Assembly: GCA_051746725.1 (NCBI GenBank)
Contig: JBNJFI010000004.1
Location: 2,530 to 58,482, forward strand
Reading direction: 5' to 3'
Length of the DNA stretch: 55,953 bases
From: Fusobacteriota bacterium
GTDB lineage: Bacteria > Fusobacteriota > Fusobacteriia > Fusobacteriales > JBNJFI01
Part shown: piece after piece, positions 17,998 to 27,530 of the stretch
How positions within the stretch are numbered: the stretch's first letter is position 1
Layout: each line of letters starts with the position of its first letter
Position numbers and translations under genes: made by a program
Notes under the pieces: generated by a model
Databases searched by the model: none
The model's input: the letters and a program-made list of their open reading frames with translations, nothing else
What the model was told of the DNA's origin: nothing

Positions 17998-20643
17998 TTA
18001 TTTTAGTATTTCTAAATTTTTAGTTAACTTTTCAATTTTGTCTTCAAACTCTTTCTTCTTGCTCTTTTCTTTTTCTACAACTTCCTTAGGAGCTTTACTC
18101 ACAAAATTTTCATTACTCAATTTTCCTGTTGATCTTTTTAAATCCTTTTCCAAATCTGAAATATTTTTTTCAAGTCTTTTCTTTTCTTTTTCGATATCAA
18201 TTACTCCTTCTAATGGAGCATAAATTTCAGTTTCTCCAACTACACTTGTTGCAGACATTTTTGGTTTTTTAGCATTACAATCAATTTCAACATTACTCAA
18301 ATTAGCCATATTAACTATAGTTTTCATGTTTTCTCTTAATAAAACTTCTTCTTCACCATCATTTGATTTGAATATGATATTTAATTTTCTACCTAAAGAT
18401 ATACTCATATCACCTCTAATATTTCTTATTCTAGATATCACATCTTGAATAAATTCCATCTTTGCTTTTATTTCAAGGTTAATCATATTTTCATCAGTTT
18501 CAGGATAATCAGATATCATTATACTTTCTCCTGAGTCAGGTAATCTTTTCCATATTTCCTCTGTTATAAATGGCATAAATGGATGTAGTAATTTTAATCC
18601 CTGATCTAAAACAAACCATAAAACAAATTGAGCAGTTTTTCTTTTTTGCTCTTCATCTTCATTATACAATCTATCCTTTGAAATTTCAATATACCAATCA
18701 CAAAAATCTCCCCAGATAAAATCGTATATTCCCTGGGCTGCAGTATCTAAATTAAATTCTTCTAAATTCTTATTCGTTTTCTTAATTGCTAAATTTAATT
18801 TAGTTAATATCCAATGATCTTGTAATTCTAATTCAAGATTATTCACGTCAATTTCTTCGGGTTTGAAATTTTCTAAATGCATCAATGCAAATCTAGAAAC
18901 ATTCCAAATTTTATTTGCAAAATTTCTTCCCATTTCAATTAATTTATTAGAATAAAATACATCTTGACCTTTAGAAGTATTATAAAGCATGCTAAATCTC
19001 ATTGCATCTGCTCCATATTCTTTAATTACTTCAATTGGATCAGGGGAATTTCCTAAGGATTTACTCATTTTTCGACCTTTTTTGTCACGAACTATTCCAT
19101 GTAAAAATATATTCTCAAATGGAATTTCATCTTTTATATATTTTCCAGCCATAACCATTCTAGCTACCCAGAAAAATAAGATATCCGCTCCAGTAACAAT
19201 AGTATTTGTCGGATAAAAATATTCCAATTCTTCAGTTTTTTCAGGCCATCCTAAAGTAGAAAGTGGCCATAACCAAGATGAAAACCAAGTATCTAATACA
19301 TCCGTTTCTTGAGTTACCTTTTTACTTCCACATTTAGAACATTTTTCAGGTTTTTCTTTAGAAACCATTATATGATCACACTCATCACAATAATATGCGG
19401 GAATTCTATGCCCCCACCAAATCTGTCGAGAAATACACCAATCTCTTATATTTTCCAGCCAGTTATAATAAACTTTCTCCCATTTTTTAGGGAAAATATC
19501 AATTTCTTTATCTCTTACAACTTTTAAAGCATCTTCAGCCATACCTTTCATGCTAACAAACCATTGCATACTTATCTTAGGTTCAATTGGAGTGTCACAT
19601 CTGTAACAATGTCCAACTGGGTGTTCCAGAGCTTTTTTTCCAGCAAAAAAGTCATTTTTATCTAAATCAGCTAATATTTTTTCTCTAGCTTCAAATCTAT
19701 CTAAACCTTGATATTCTTCATCTACATTTTTATTTAATTTGGCATCATCTGTAAATATATTAATAATCTCTAAATTATGTTTTTTTCCCAATTCAAAATC
19801 ATTTGGATCATGGGCAGGAGTTATTTTTAAAGCTCCTGTTCCAAATTCCATATCCACATAGTCATCAGCAATTATTGGAATCTCCTTATTTACAAGTGGA
19901 ATTATTGCAGTTTTTCCAACTAAATGTTTAAATCTATCATCTTCTGGATTAACAGCAATAGCTGTATCACCTAAAATAGTTTCAGGTCTAGTTGTAGCAA
20001 TTATTATTTCTTCATCACTGTCTTTTATTGGATATTTGATACTCCATATAAAGCTTCCCAAATCAACATGTTCAACTTCATCATCTGCCAAAGCTGTTCC
20101 ACATCTAGGACACCAATTAACCATATATTCTCCACGGTATATTAAATCATCTTCATATAAATCAACAAAGATTTCCTTTACTGAATTTTGTAGCTTTTCA
20201 TCCATGGTAAATCTTTCTCTTTCCCAGTCTAGAGATGCTCCTAATTTTCGAAGTTGATTAGTTATCTTTCCACCGTGTTCTTCTTTCCATTCCCAAACGA
20301 GCTCTAAGAATTTTTCACGTCCAACATCATGTCTAGTCTTATTTTCTTTAGCTAACTTTCTTTCAACTTTATTCTGAGTCGCTATTCCAGCATGATCAGT
20401 ACCTGGCATCCAAAGAGCATTGTATCCTTGCATTCTTTTCCATCTAATTAATGTATCCTGAATTGAATTATTTAAAACATGCCCCATATGAAGCACTCCA
20501 GTTACATTTGGAGGAGGAATAACTATTGAATAACTAGGTTTAGTTTTATCTACTTCAGCATGGAAATATCCCTTTTCTTCCCAAAATTTATACCATTTAT
20601 CTTCAATATCATTTGGTGAATAATGTTTTTCCATATTTTCCAC
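17998..20643 (-). CDS. valS: Valine--tRNA ligase
   Basis: PPPNVTGVLHMGH (HIGH-like), DWCISRQIWWGHRIP, KMSKS, C-terminal coiled coil. Confidence 0.98.
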   Translation of the reverse strand: MENMEKHYSPNDIEDKWYKFWEEKGYFHAEVDKTKPSYSIVIPPPNVTGVLHMGHVLNNSIQDTLIRWKRMQGYNALWMPGTDHAGIATQNKVERKLAKENKTRHDVGREKFLELVWEWKEEHGGKITNQLRKLGASLDWERERFTMDEKLQNSVKEIFVDLYEDDLIYRGEYMVNWCPRCGTALADDEVEHVDLGSFIWSIKYPIKDSDEEIIIATTRPETILGDTAIAVNPEDDRFKHLVGKTAIIPLVNKEIPIIADDYVDMEFGTGALKITPAHDPNDFELGKKHNLEIINIFTDDAKLNKNVDEEYQGLDRFEAREKILADLDKNDFFAGKKALEHPVGHCYRCDTPIEPKISMQWFVSMKGMAEDALKVVRDKEIDIFPKKWEKVYYNWLENIRDWCISRQIWWGHRIPAYYCDECDHIMVSKEKPEKCSKCGSKKVTQETDVLDTWFSSWLWPLSTLGWPEKTEELEYFYPTNTIVTGADILFFWVARMVMAGKYIKDEIPFENIFLHGIVRDKKGRKMSKSLGNSPDPIEVIKEYGADAMRFSMLYNTSKGQDVFYSNKLIEMGRNFANKIWNVSRFALMHLENFKPEEIDVNNLELELQDHWILTKLNLAIKKTNKNLEEFNLDTAAQGIYDFIWGDFCDWYIEISKDRLYNEDEEQKRKTAQFVLWFVLDQGLKLLHPFMPFITEEIWKRLPDSGESIMISDYPETDENMINLEIKAKMEFIQDVISRIRNIRGDMSISLGRKLNIIFKSNDGEEEVLLRENMKTIVNMANLSNVEIDCNAKKPKMSATSVVGETEIYAPLEGVIDIEKEKKRLEKNISDLEKDLKRSTGKLSNENFVSKAPKEVVEKEKSKKKEFEDKIEKLTKNLEILK

Positions 20644-20665
20644 TTATTCTCACATCCTTTATTAA

Positions 20666-21289
20666 TTATTTATATTTTAAGATATAATTCGATAATTCAT
20701 ATCGCCCTTTTTTGCTCAAAGACGAATAAAAAAATACATCTTCTTTATCAAAAACTAACTTCTTTTTTATTTTTTTTAATTGTTTAAACCTCTGGTTGTT
20801 AGATAACTTATCACATTTTGTAAAAACTATTTCATATCTTAAATTATAATATTCTAACCACTTCAACAGTTCAATATCTTCTTGAGATGGTATTCTTCTT
20901 ATATCTAATAACATTAATATTACTTTTTTTCTATCTGATTCTAAATAATCTTCAATAATTCTTTTCCACTTTTCCTTTTCGGAGTCCGAAACTTTAGCAA
21001 ATCCATATCCAGGCAAATCTACAAATTGAATTCTCTCATTTATTAGAAAAAAATTCAGAAGTCTTGTTCTTCCTGGAGTTTTACTAGTTTTAGCTAGCTT
21101 TTTATTATTAGTTAAACTATTTATTAAAGACGATTTTCCTACATTAGATTTACCCACAAAAGCAAATTCTGTACCTATACTTTCAGGATAATCTTTTTCA
21201 TAAACTGCAGACTTTATGAAACTAGCTTTTTTGATTAATATCTTTTTATCTCTTTTTAATTGTTGCTCTCGTGTTATTTTATTTGACAT
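20666..21289 (-). CDS. engB: Ribosome biogenesis GTPase YihA/YsxC
   Basis: GKSNVGKSSLIN, TSKTPGRT, DLPGYG, TKCDK. Confidence 0.95.
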   Translation of the reverse strand: MSNKITREQQLKRDKKILIKKASFIKSAVYEKDYPESIGTEFAFVGKSNVGKSSLINSLTNNKKLAKTSKTPGRTRLLNFFLINERIQFVDLPGYGFAKVSDSEKEKWKRIIEDYLESDRKKVILMLLDIRRIPSQEDIELLKWLEYYNLRYEIVFTKCDKLSNNQRFKQLKKIKKKLVFDKEDVFFYSSLSKKGRYELSNYILKYK

Positions 21290-21777
21290 TCTATTATTTC
21301 TCCTACGTACATTCTATGATAATCCCCTTTTTTGTAAAATTCATCTATCTCTTTTTCAATAAAATTATCGGGGTTTATGTCGGTATAATATAATTTTTTA
21401 CATTTTATGACTGTATTAGCTTCTTTAAAATATAAAAAATTATCCTCTTCAACTTTTTCCAAATCAATTTTTGAGATTTTATCTTCATTTTTTCCTGATA
21501 CCGAACCACAATAGTTTAATACATCTCTTTTATCTTCATTAAAAAAAGATAATGTAAAATAATTACTATTTTCTAATAATTCATAAGTGTATCTTTGAGG
21601 TCTTACAAAAATAAAACAGACATTTTTATGCCATAACACTCCAAATCCACCCCAACTAGCTGTCATTGTATTAACTTTTTTACCATCTTTAGTACTTATT
21701 AACATCCACTCTTTACCAATTTTCTTAAATGTAGATTCTTTTAAGTCTTCTGGTGATATTGTTTTTAATGAACTCAA
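21274..21777 (-). CDS. Flavin reductase-like (flavoredoxin family) protein
   Basis: NTMTASWGG.G.LW, VRPQRYT, YCGSVSG, DYHRMYVGEI; TTG start with GGAGG RBS. Confidence 0.85.
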   Translation of the reverse strand: MSSLKTISPEDLKESTFKKIGKEWMLISTKDGKKVNTMTASWGGFGVLWHKNVCFIFVRPQRYTYELLENSNYFTLSFFNEDKRDVLNYCGSVSGKNEDKISKIDLEKVEEDNFLYFKEANTVIKCKKLYYTDINPDNFIEKEIDEFYKKGDYHRMYVGEIIECQIK

Positions 21778-21851
21778 GATTTCCTCCCCATTTTTATCTT
21801 ATCTAATAGCTACTTCAAATTTTACAATGAAGTAGCTATTTTTATTAGACA

Positions 21852-24185
21852 CTATTCTTTCAAAAAAGCCAATTTTGCTACATCTTCATATGTTTTCACA
21901 AAGTGAAACTCCATATCTCTTTTAATTTCATCTGGTATATCTTCCATATCTGCTCGATTTTCATCAGGTAATATTATTTCTTTTATTCCTACTCGATGAG
22001 CTCCTATTGCTTTTTCTTTTACTCCACCTATAGGTAAAACTTCGCCTGTTATTGTAACCTCACCTGTCATTCCAAGATCTGTTCTAACTTTTTTGTTTGC
22101 CCACCTGGAAATGAGAGCTGTGGTAATTGTTATCCCCGCAGAAGGCCCATCTTTTGGCGTTGCCCCCTTTGGAAAATGTAAATGTGTATCTAATTTTTCA
22201 TCAAAATCTTCAGAAATCCCATACTTTGATTGTTGAGATTTCACATAGCTAAAAGCAACTTGCGCTGATTCTTTCATTATATCTCCAAGTTTCCCTGTTA
22301 ATTTTAATTTTCCTTTTCCAGGAAGAGTTACTGCTTGTACTTCAAGGGTAGTTCCACCTACTGAAGTCCATGCTAAACCATTTACAACTCCAACTTTTCC
22401 TTCTCCTTTTCGAAGTTTATTAGGTCTAAATTTAACTTTTCCTAAATATTTTTTTATGCTATTTACTTGAATATTTATTGTTTTCTTATCTTCTTCTAAT
22501 ACTTGCTTGGCTATTTTTCTAAAAATTTTATCCAACTGTCTTTTTAAGTTTCTGACTCCAGCTTCTCGAGTATATTCATTGATTATTTTTAAAAGAGCTG
22601 TATCAGATATTGATATATCATAATCTTTTAAGCCACTCTCTTTTTGAGATTTTTCTACTAAATATTTCTTTGCTATATTCATTTTTTCAAATTCAGTATA
22701 ACTATTTAATATTATAATCTCCAGTCTATCTCTTAAAGGTCCTGGAATGGAACCTAAATCATTTGCTGTTGCTATAAAAAATACATTTGATAAATCAAAT
22801 GGCATATCTAAAAAATTATCACTAAATTTATCATTTTGTTCAGGATCTAAAACCTCTAATAATGCAGATGTTGGATCCCCTTTCATATTTGATCCTAATT
22901 TATCAACTTCATCTAATAAAATTACTGGATTATTAGTATTTTGTTTTTTTAGTTCCTTGATTATTCGTCCTGGCATTGCACCTACATAAGTTCTTCTATG
23001 TCCTCTAATCTCGGCTTCATCTTTCATTCCACCTAAAGAAATTCTTGAAAATTTTCTTTCCATTGATCTGGCAATAGATTTAGCTAAGGACGTTTTCCCT
23101 ACTCCTGGGGGTCCAACTAAACACAAAATAGATCCCTTTGGATTTAATCCATTTTTCTGTGTCATCTTTCTCACAGCTAAAAACTCTAATATTCTTTCTT
23201 TTACATCTTTTAATCCATAATGATCTTCTTCTAATATTTCCTTACCTTTTTTGATATCCAACCTATCCTCTGTTGCTTCATTCCAAGGCAATTCTAATAC
23301 CAACTCTATATAATTTCTCGAAGTCGAAGCATCTGAACTATGAGACGGCATTCTTTTCAATCTTTTTATTTCTTGTCTCATCTTTTTTTCTACATATTCA
23401 GGATAGTCATTTTTTTCTAGCTTTTCTTCAAATCTATCTATTTCTGTATTATAATCTCCGTCTTCACCTAATTCTTTTTGTATAGCTTTCATTTTTTGAT
23501 GTAAATAATGCTTTTTTTGAGTTGAAGTTAATTGGTTTTTCACTTCACCATTAATCTTCTTTTCTATTCCTATTATTTCCATCTCTTTTTCCAATAACTC
23601 TAAAAGAACATATGCTCTTTTATCAAGTTCAATTGTTTCTAATATTTTTTGCTTACCATTTGTATTTATATTCATATTAGAAGCTATTAAGTCAATTATC
23701 TTTCCTATTCCATCTAACCCTTTTAGATTATTTAAAAGTTTAGGAGAGATTTTTTTTACGTTCTTAACATATTTTTCAAATCTAGATAATAATTTTCTCT
23801 TTAAAGCTTGAGCTATCTTATCATCAAGCGGTTCTAACTCTACAGGAGAATATTCACCTAAAAAATATTCATCTGTTTTTATAACTTTATCTAAAGTTAC
23901 TCTTTTTTGAGATTCTATCAAAACTTTTATTGTTCCATCAGGCAATTTGGCAGTCTGAATTATGTCAACTAGAACTCCCACTTTTTTGATATCATCTGGT
24001 ATACTTGGTTCCTCTTTTTCCCCATCTTTTTGTAAAAAAAGCAACAATGAATTTTCTTCCATTAATGCCTTTTCCAAACTTTTCATACTCTTATCTCTTC
24101 CTATATAGATTGGAGTAATTATTCCTGGGAAAAGGACCATATCTCTTGATGGTATAAATGGTAATTGCTGTTTTTTATATTCCAT
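21852..24185 (-). CDS. lon: ATP-dependent protease La (Lon)
   Basis: N-domain, GPPGVGKTS, GHRRTYVGAMPG, PKDGPSAG catalytic Ser, IGGVKEK. Confidence 0.98.
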   Translation of the reverse strand: MEYKKQQLPFIPSRDMVLFPGIITPIYIGRDKSMKSLEKALMEENSLLLFLQKDGEKEEPSIPDDIKKVGVLVDIIQTAKLPDGTIKVLIESQKRVTLDKVIKTDEYFLGEYSPVELEPLDDKIAQALKRKLLSRFEKYVKNVKKISPKLLNNLKGLDGIGKIIDLIASNMNINTNGKQKILETIELDKRAYVLLELLEKEMEIIGIEKKINGEVKNQLTSTQKKHYLHQKMKAIQKELGEDGDYNTEIDRFEEKLEKNDYPEYVEKKMRQEIKRLKRMPSHSSDASTSRNYIELVLELPWNEATEDRLDIKKGKEILEEDHYGLKDVKERILEFLAVRKMTQKNGLNPKGSILCLVGPPGVGKTSLAKSIARSMERKFSRISLGGMKDEAEIRGHRRTYVGAMPGRIIKELKKQNTNNPVILLDEVDKLGSNMKGDPTSALLEVLDPEQNDKFSDNFLDMPFDLSNVFFIATANDLGSIPGPLRDRLEIIILNSYTEFEKMNIAKKYLVEKSQKESGLKDYDISISDTALLKIINEYTREAGVRNLKRQLDKIFRKIAKQVLEEDKKTINIQVNSIKKYLGKVKFRPNKLRKGEGKVGVVNGLAWTSVGGTTLEVQAVTLPGKGKLKLTGKLGDIMKESAQVAFSYVKSQQSKYGISEDFDEKLDTHLHFPKGATPKDGPSAGITITTALISRWANKKVRTDLGMTGEVTITGEVLPIGGVKEKAIGAHRVGIKEIILPDENRADMEDIPDEIKRDMEFHFVKTYEDVAKLAFLKE

Positions 24186-25435
24186 TATGCTATCTTTTCC
24201 CCTTCTCTTATGATTTCCACTTTAGCTTTATCAGTAATAGAATCCTTATTTATAATAACCTTCCTTATTCCACTTTCAGAAGGTATTTCATACATTAAGT
24301 CAAGCATTACAGATTCCATTATAGATCTCAATCCTCTAGCTCCTGTTTTTCGTTTTAAGGCTAATCTAGCTACCTCTTTTAGAGCTTCTTTAGTAAATTC
24401 CAAATCAACATCTTCTAATTCAAAGAACTTTTTATATTGTTTTACTAAAGAGTTTCTTGGTTCAGTTAATATTCTAACTAGAGCCTCTTTATCTAATTCA
24501 TTTAAAACAGTATGGATTGGTAATCTACCGATTAATTCTGGAATTAATCCAAATTTGACTAAATCCTCTGGTAAAACCTTAGTAAATAATATATCTGATT
24601 CTTTGCTAGTGTTTGATTTTACTGCTGCACCAAACCCCATTGTTTTTTTCGATGTTCTAGATTTTATTATTTTTTCCAATCCATCAAATGCTCCACCTAA
24701 TATAAACAGTATATTCTTAGTGTCTACTTCTATAGTTTCCTGATTAGGGTGCTTTCTTCCTCCTTGAGGAGGAATATTTGCAACAGTTCCCTCTATTATT
24801 TTTAAAAGAGATTGTTGTACCCCTTCTCCTGAGACATCCCGGGTTATTGAAGTATTTTCAGATTTTCTCCCTATCTTATCAATTTCATCTATATATATTA
24901 TTCCACTTTCTGCAATTTCAGGTTCCATGTTTGAAGCTTGTAGTAATCTAACCAATACATTTTCAACATCGTCACCAACATAACCAGCTTCTGTTAATGT
25001 AGTTGCATCTGCTATTGCAAAAGGAACATGTAATATCTTAGCTAAAGTTTCTGCTAACATTGTTTTTCCAGATCCTGTTGGACCTAATAATAATACATTA
25101 CTTTTTTGCAATTCTACATCATCTTCTAAGTTTTCTTTTAAAGTGGTAATTCTTTTATAATGATTGTATACTGCAACTGATAAAACTTTTTTGGCTTCTT
25201 CTTGTCCTATAACATATTCATTTAATCTTTTGGTTAATTTTTTTGGACTCATTAAATTTAAAGGTCCAAACTCTTGCTCATTATTTTTAAATTCTAATTC
25301 AAGCATATTATGACAAGATTCTACACACTCATCACATATATATACACTTGGACCAGCTATCAATCTGTAAACTTCTTCTTCAGTTTTTCCACAAAAAGAA
25401 CAAGTCGGTTTACTCATTTCATTCTGATTCTTCAT
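24185..25435 (-). CDS. clpX: ATP-dependent Clp protease ATP-binding subunit ClpX
   Basis: C4 Zn finger [27 protein letters not shown] loop; start moved to 25435 (GAGGTG RBS inside the clpP 3' end). Confidence 0.97.
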   Translation of the reverse strand: MKNQNEMSKPTCSFCGKTEEEVYRLIAGPSVYICDECVESCHNMLELEFKNNEQEFGPLNLMSPKKLTKRLNEYVIGQEEAKKVLSVAVYNHYKRITTLKENLEDDVELQKSNVLLLGPTGSGKTMLAETLAKILHVPFAIADATTLTEAGYVGDDVENVLVRLLQASNMEPEIAESGIIYIDEIDKIGRKSENTSITRDVSGEGVQQSLLKIIEGTVANIPPQGGRKHPNQETIEVDTKNILFILGGAFDGLEKIIKSRTSKKTMGFGAAVKSNTSKESDILFTKVLPEDLVKFGLIPELIGRLPIHTVLNELDKEALVRILTEPRNSLVKQYKKFFELEDVDLEFTKEALKEVARLALKRKTGARGLRSIMESVMLDLMYEIPSESGIRKVIINKDSITDKAKVEIIREGEKIA

Positions 25436-26027
25436 CTTTCTTGTCACCTCTTTTTTCACTAAATACTTCATCTATTAATCCATATTCAACTGCTTCGTTA
25501 GCAGACATAAAATTATCTCTATCAGTATCTTTTTTGATTTGTTCTATATCTTTTCCTGTTCTTTTAGCTAAGATTTCCTCTGTTATTTTTCTCATTCTTA
25601 AAATTTCTTTTGTATGTATTTCAATATCTGTAGCTTGTCCCCTTGCTCCTCCTAAAGGTTGATGTATCATTATTCTAGAGTTAGGAAGTGCATATCTTTT
25701 GCCTTTTTCTCCTGCTGTTAGTAAAAGTGCTCCCATACTAGCTGCTTGACCTACACATACTGTAGACACTGGAGCATTTATATATTGCATTGTATCATAT
25801 ATAGCTAATCCTGAGGTTATTACTCCACCTGGACTATTAATGTACATTATTATCTCTTTATCTGGATCTTGTGCTTCTAAAAATAATAATTGTGCAATTA
25901 TTGAGTTAGAAACCTTATCGTTTATTTCTGTTCCTATAAAAATTATTCTATCTTTTAGAAGTCTAGAATATATATCATATGATCTCTCTGATCTTCCATT
26001 ATTTTCTATTACCATTGGATTGTACAT
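25419..26027 (-). CDS. clpP: ATP-dependent Clp protease proteolytic subunit
   Basis: [34 protein letters not shown]. Confidence 0.98.
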   Translation of the reverse strand: MYNPMVIENNGRSERSYDIYSRLLKDRIIFIGTEINDKVSNSIIAQLLFLEAQDPDKEIIMYINSPGGVITSGLAIYDTMQYINAPVSTVCVGQAASMGALLLTAGEKGKRYALPNSRIMIHQPLGGARGQATDIEIHTKEILRMRKITEEILAKRTGKDIEQIKKDTDRDNFMSANEAVEYGLIDEVFSEKRGDKKDEESE

Positions 26028-26047
26028 TGTTTTCCCTCCTTAAATAA

Positions 26048-26190
26048 AAATCTGCCCTATATTTATAAAAGCAAAAAAGATTGATCTATAACTAAAATTA
26101 AATTTTTAATTACTTATTATAAGCAATTATTTTATTTAGCTAATATATCAATATTTTATTAATCATAATATAATTTTTCTAAGCAGATTT
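26048..26190 (-). other. Long imperfect hairpin (three nested inverted repeats) upstream of clpP
   Basis: AAATCTGC/GCAGATTT outer arms, ATTGATCTATAACTAAA/TTTAGCTAATATATCAAT middle arms, TAATTACTTAT/ATAAGCAATTA inner arms. Confidence 0.55.
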
Positions 26191-26197
26191 AAGTATC

Positions 26198-26229
26198 ACA
26201 TCAGCCACAGTATATACTGTGGCTGATGT
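26198..26229. repeat. Perfect 32-bp palindrome immediately after the tig stop
   Basis: ACATCAGCCACAGTAT|ATACTGTGGCTGATGT; T-tract only on the plus-strand side. Confidence 0.85.
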
Positions 26230-26234
26230 ATTTT

Positions 26235-27530
26235 TTATTTTTCTATTGTTTCACTTACGATTAAATCAACCGTTTTCTTTGTTATTTTTTCAAACTTTAG
26301 ACTTTCTAAGAAATTATTATAATTTCCATTTTCTTTTAATTGTTGTTTTAATTTTTCAACTTCCATCTTATAGTGATTTGCAACTTCTGCAATTTTTTCC
26401 TCAATTTCTTCCTCTGTTACCTGCACATCTTCTTCTTTTGCTATTCTTTCTAATATTAGATCCATTTTAATTTTTTCTTCTGCAACTGGCTCTAAATCTT
26501 TTATTAACTTATCCTTTGTCATATTACTCATTTGAAGGTACATTTCTAATGTCATCCCCTGAGATTTTAACTGTTGTTCCATCTCTTTAAGTCTTTGTTG
26601 AGTTTCTCTTTTTATTAAAGATTCTGGAATTGTTACTTCAGATCCCTTTTTAATTTCTTCTAAAATAGTGTTTATAAATCCTTTTTCTATTTTATCATTT
26701 TCTCTTTTTTGAATTTCAATTTCTTTTGCTTCTTTTAAATCTTCAAATGTATCATACCCAACTTCTTTAGCAAAATCATCATCTAATTCAGGTGTTTCTA
26801 AAACTTTAATTGCATTTAATTTAACTTTAAATGTAGCCTCTTTTCCAGCTAATTCTTCTTTTCCATAATTTTCTGGGAAAGTAACTTTTACATCAAATTC
26901 ATCTCCTACTTCATGACCTTCAATTTGTTTTTCAAAGTCACCTATAAAAGAATTACTTCCTAGTTTTAATTCATGACCTTCAGCCTTTCCACCTTCAAAA
27001 GCTTCTCCATCTATAAATCCTTCAAAATCTATAACAGCTGTATCTCCTTCTTTTGCTTTGGCACCTTCAGGAGCTTCTTTTAATTTTGAATTTCTTTCAA
27101 CTAAACTATCTAATTCAGTTTTTAAGTCTTCTTCCTTTAATTCATAATTATCTTTTTCTATTTCTAGACCTTTATATTCTCCCAAAGATACTTCAGGATA
27201 TATTTCAACTTCCATTGTTAATGTAACGTTATCTTCTTTTATATCCGCATTTGTAACTTGAGGATAATTTACAGGTTTAATCTCTTCATCCTTTATAATT
27301 TTCGGATAATTTTCATTTACTATTTCTTCTACAAGTTGCTTTTCTATATCCTGTTTGTATTTTTTTTCTATTACTTTCTTAGGTGCCTTCCCTTTTCTAA
27401 ATCCTTTTATGTCGGCCTCTTTCGTTATTCCGTTAACTATTTTAGACTTTTTGCCTTGTAAGTCATCACCTTCAACTGTTAATTTTATTTCTAATTTTAC
27501 ATCATTTAGTTCATTCACTTCATAATTCAT
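26235..27530 (-). CDS. tig: Trigger factor
   Basis: GFRKGKAP ribosome-binding motif, FKBP domain (IDFEG..FEGG..LGSNSFIGDFE). Confidence 0.97.
   Translation of the reverse strand: MNYEVNELNDVKLEIKLTVEGDDLQGKKSKIVNGITKEADIKGFRKGKAPKKVIEKKYKQDIEKQLVEEIVNENYPKIIKDEEIKPVNYPQVTNADIKEDNVTLTMEVEIYPEVSLGEYKGLEIEKDNYELKEEDLKTELDSLVERNSKLKEAPEGAKAKEGDTAVIDFEGFIDGEAFEGGKAEGHELKLGSNSFIGDFEKQIEGHEVGDEFDVKVTFPENYGKEELAGKEATFKVKLNAIKVLETPELDDDFAKEVGYDTFEDLKEAKEIEIQKRENDKIEKGFINTILEEIKKGSEVTIPESLIKRETQQRLKEMEQQLKSQGMTLEMYLQMSNMTKDKLIKDLEPVAEEKIKMDLILERIAKEEDVQVTEEEIEEKIAEVANHYKMEVEKLKQQLKENGNYNNFLESLKFEKITKKTVDLIVSETIEK

Noticed and set aside
26028..26234. CtsR or HrcA (CIRCE) operator upstream of clpP
   Set aside because: No GGTCAAA direct repeat or TTAGCACTC-N9-GAGTGCTAA present
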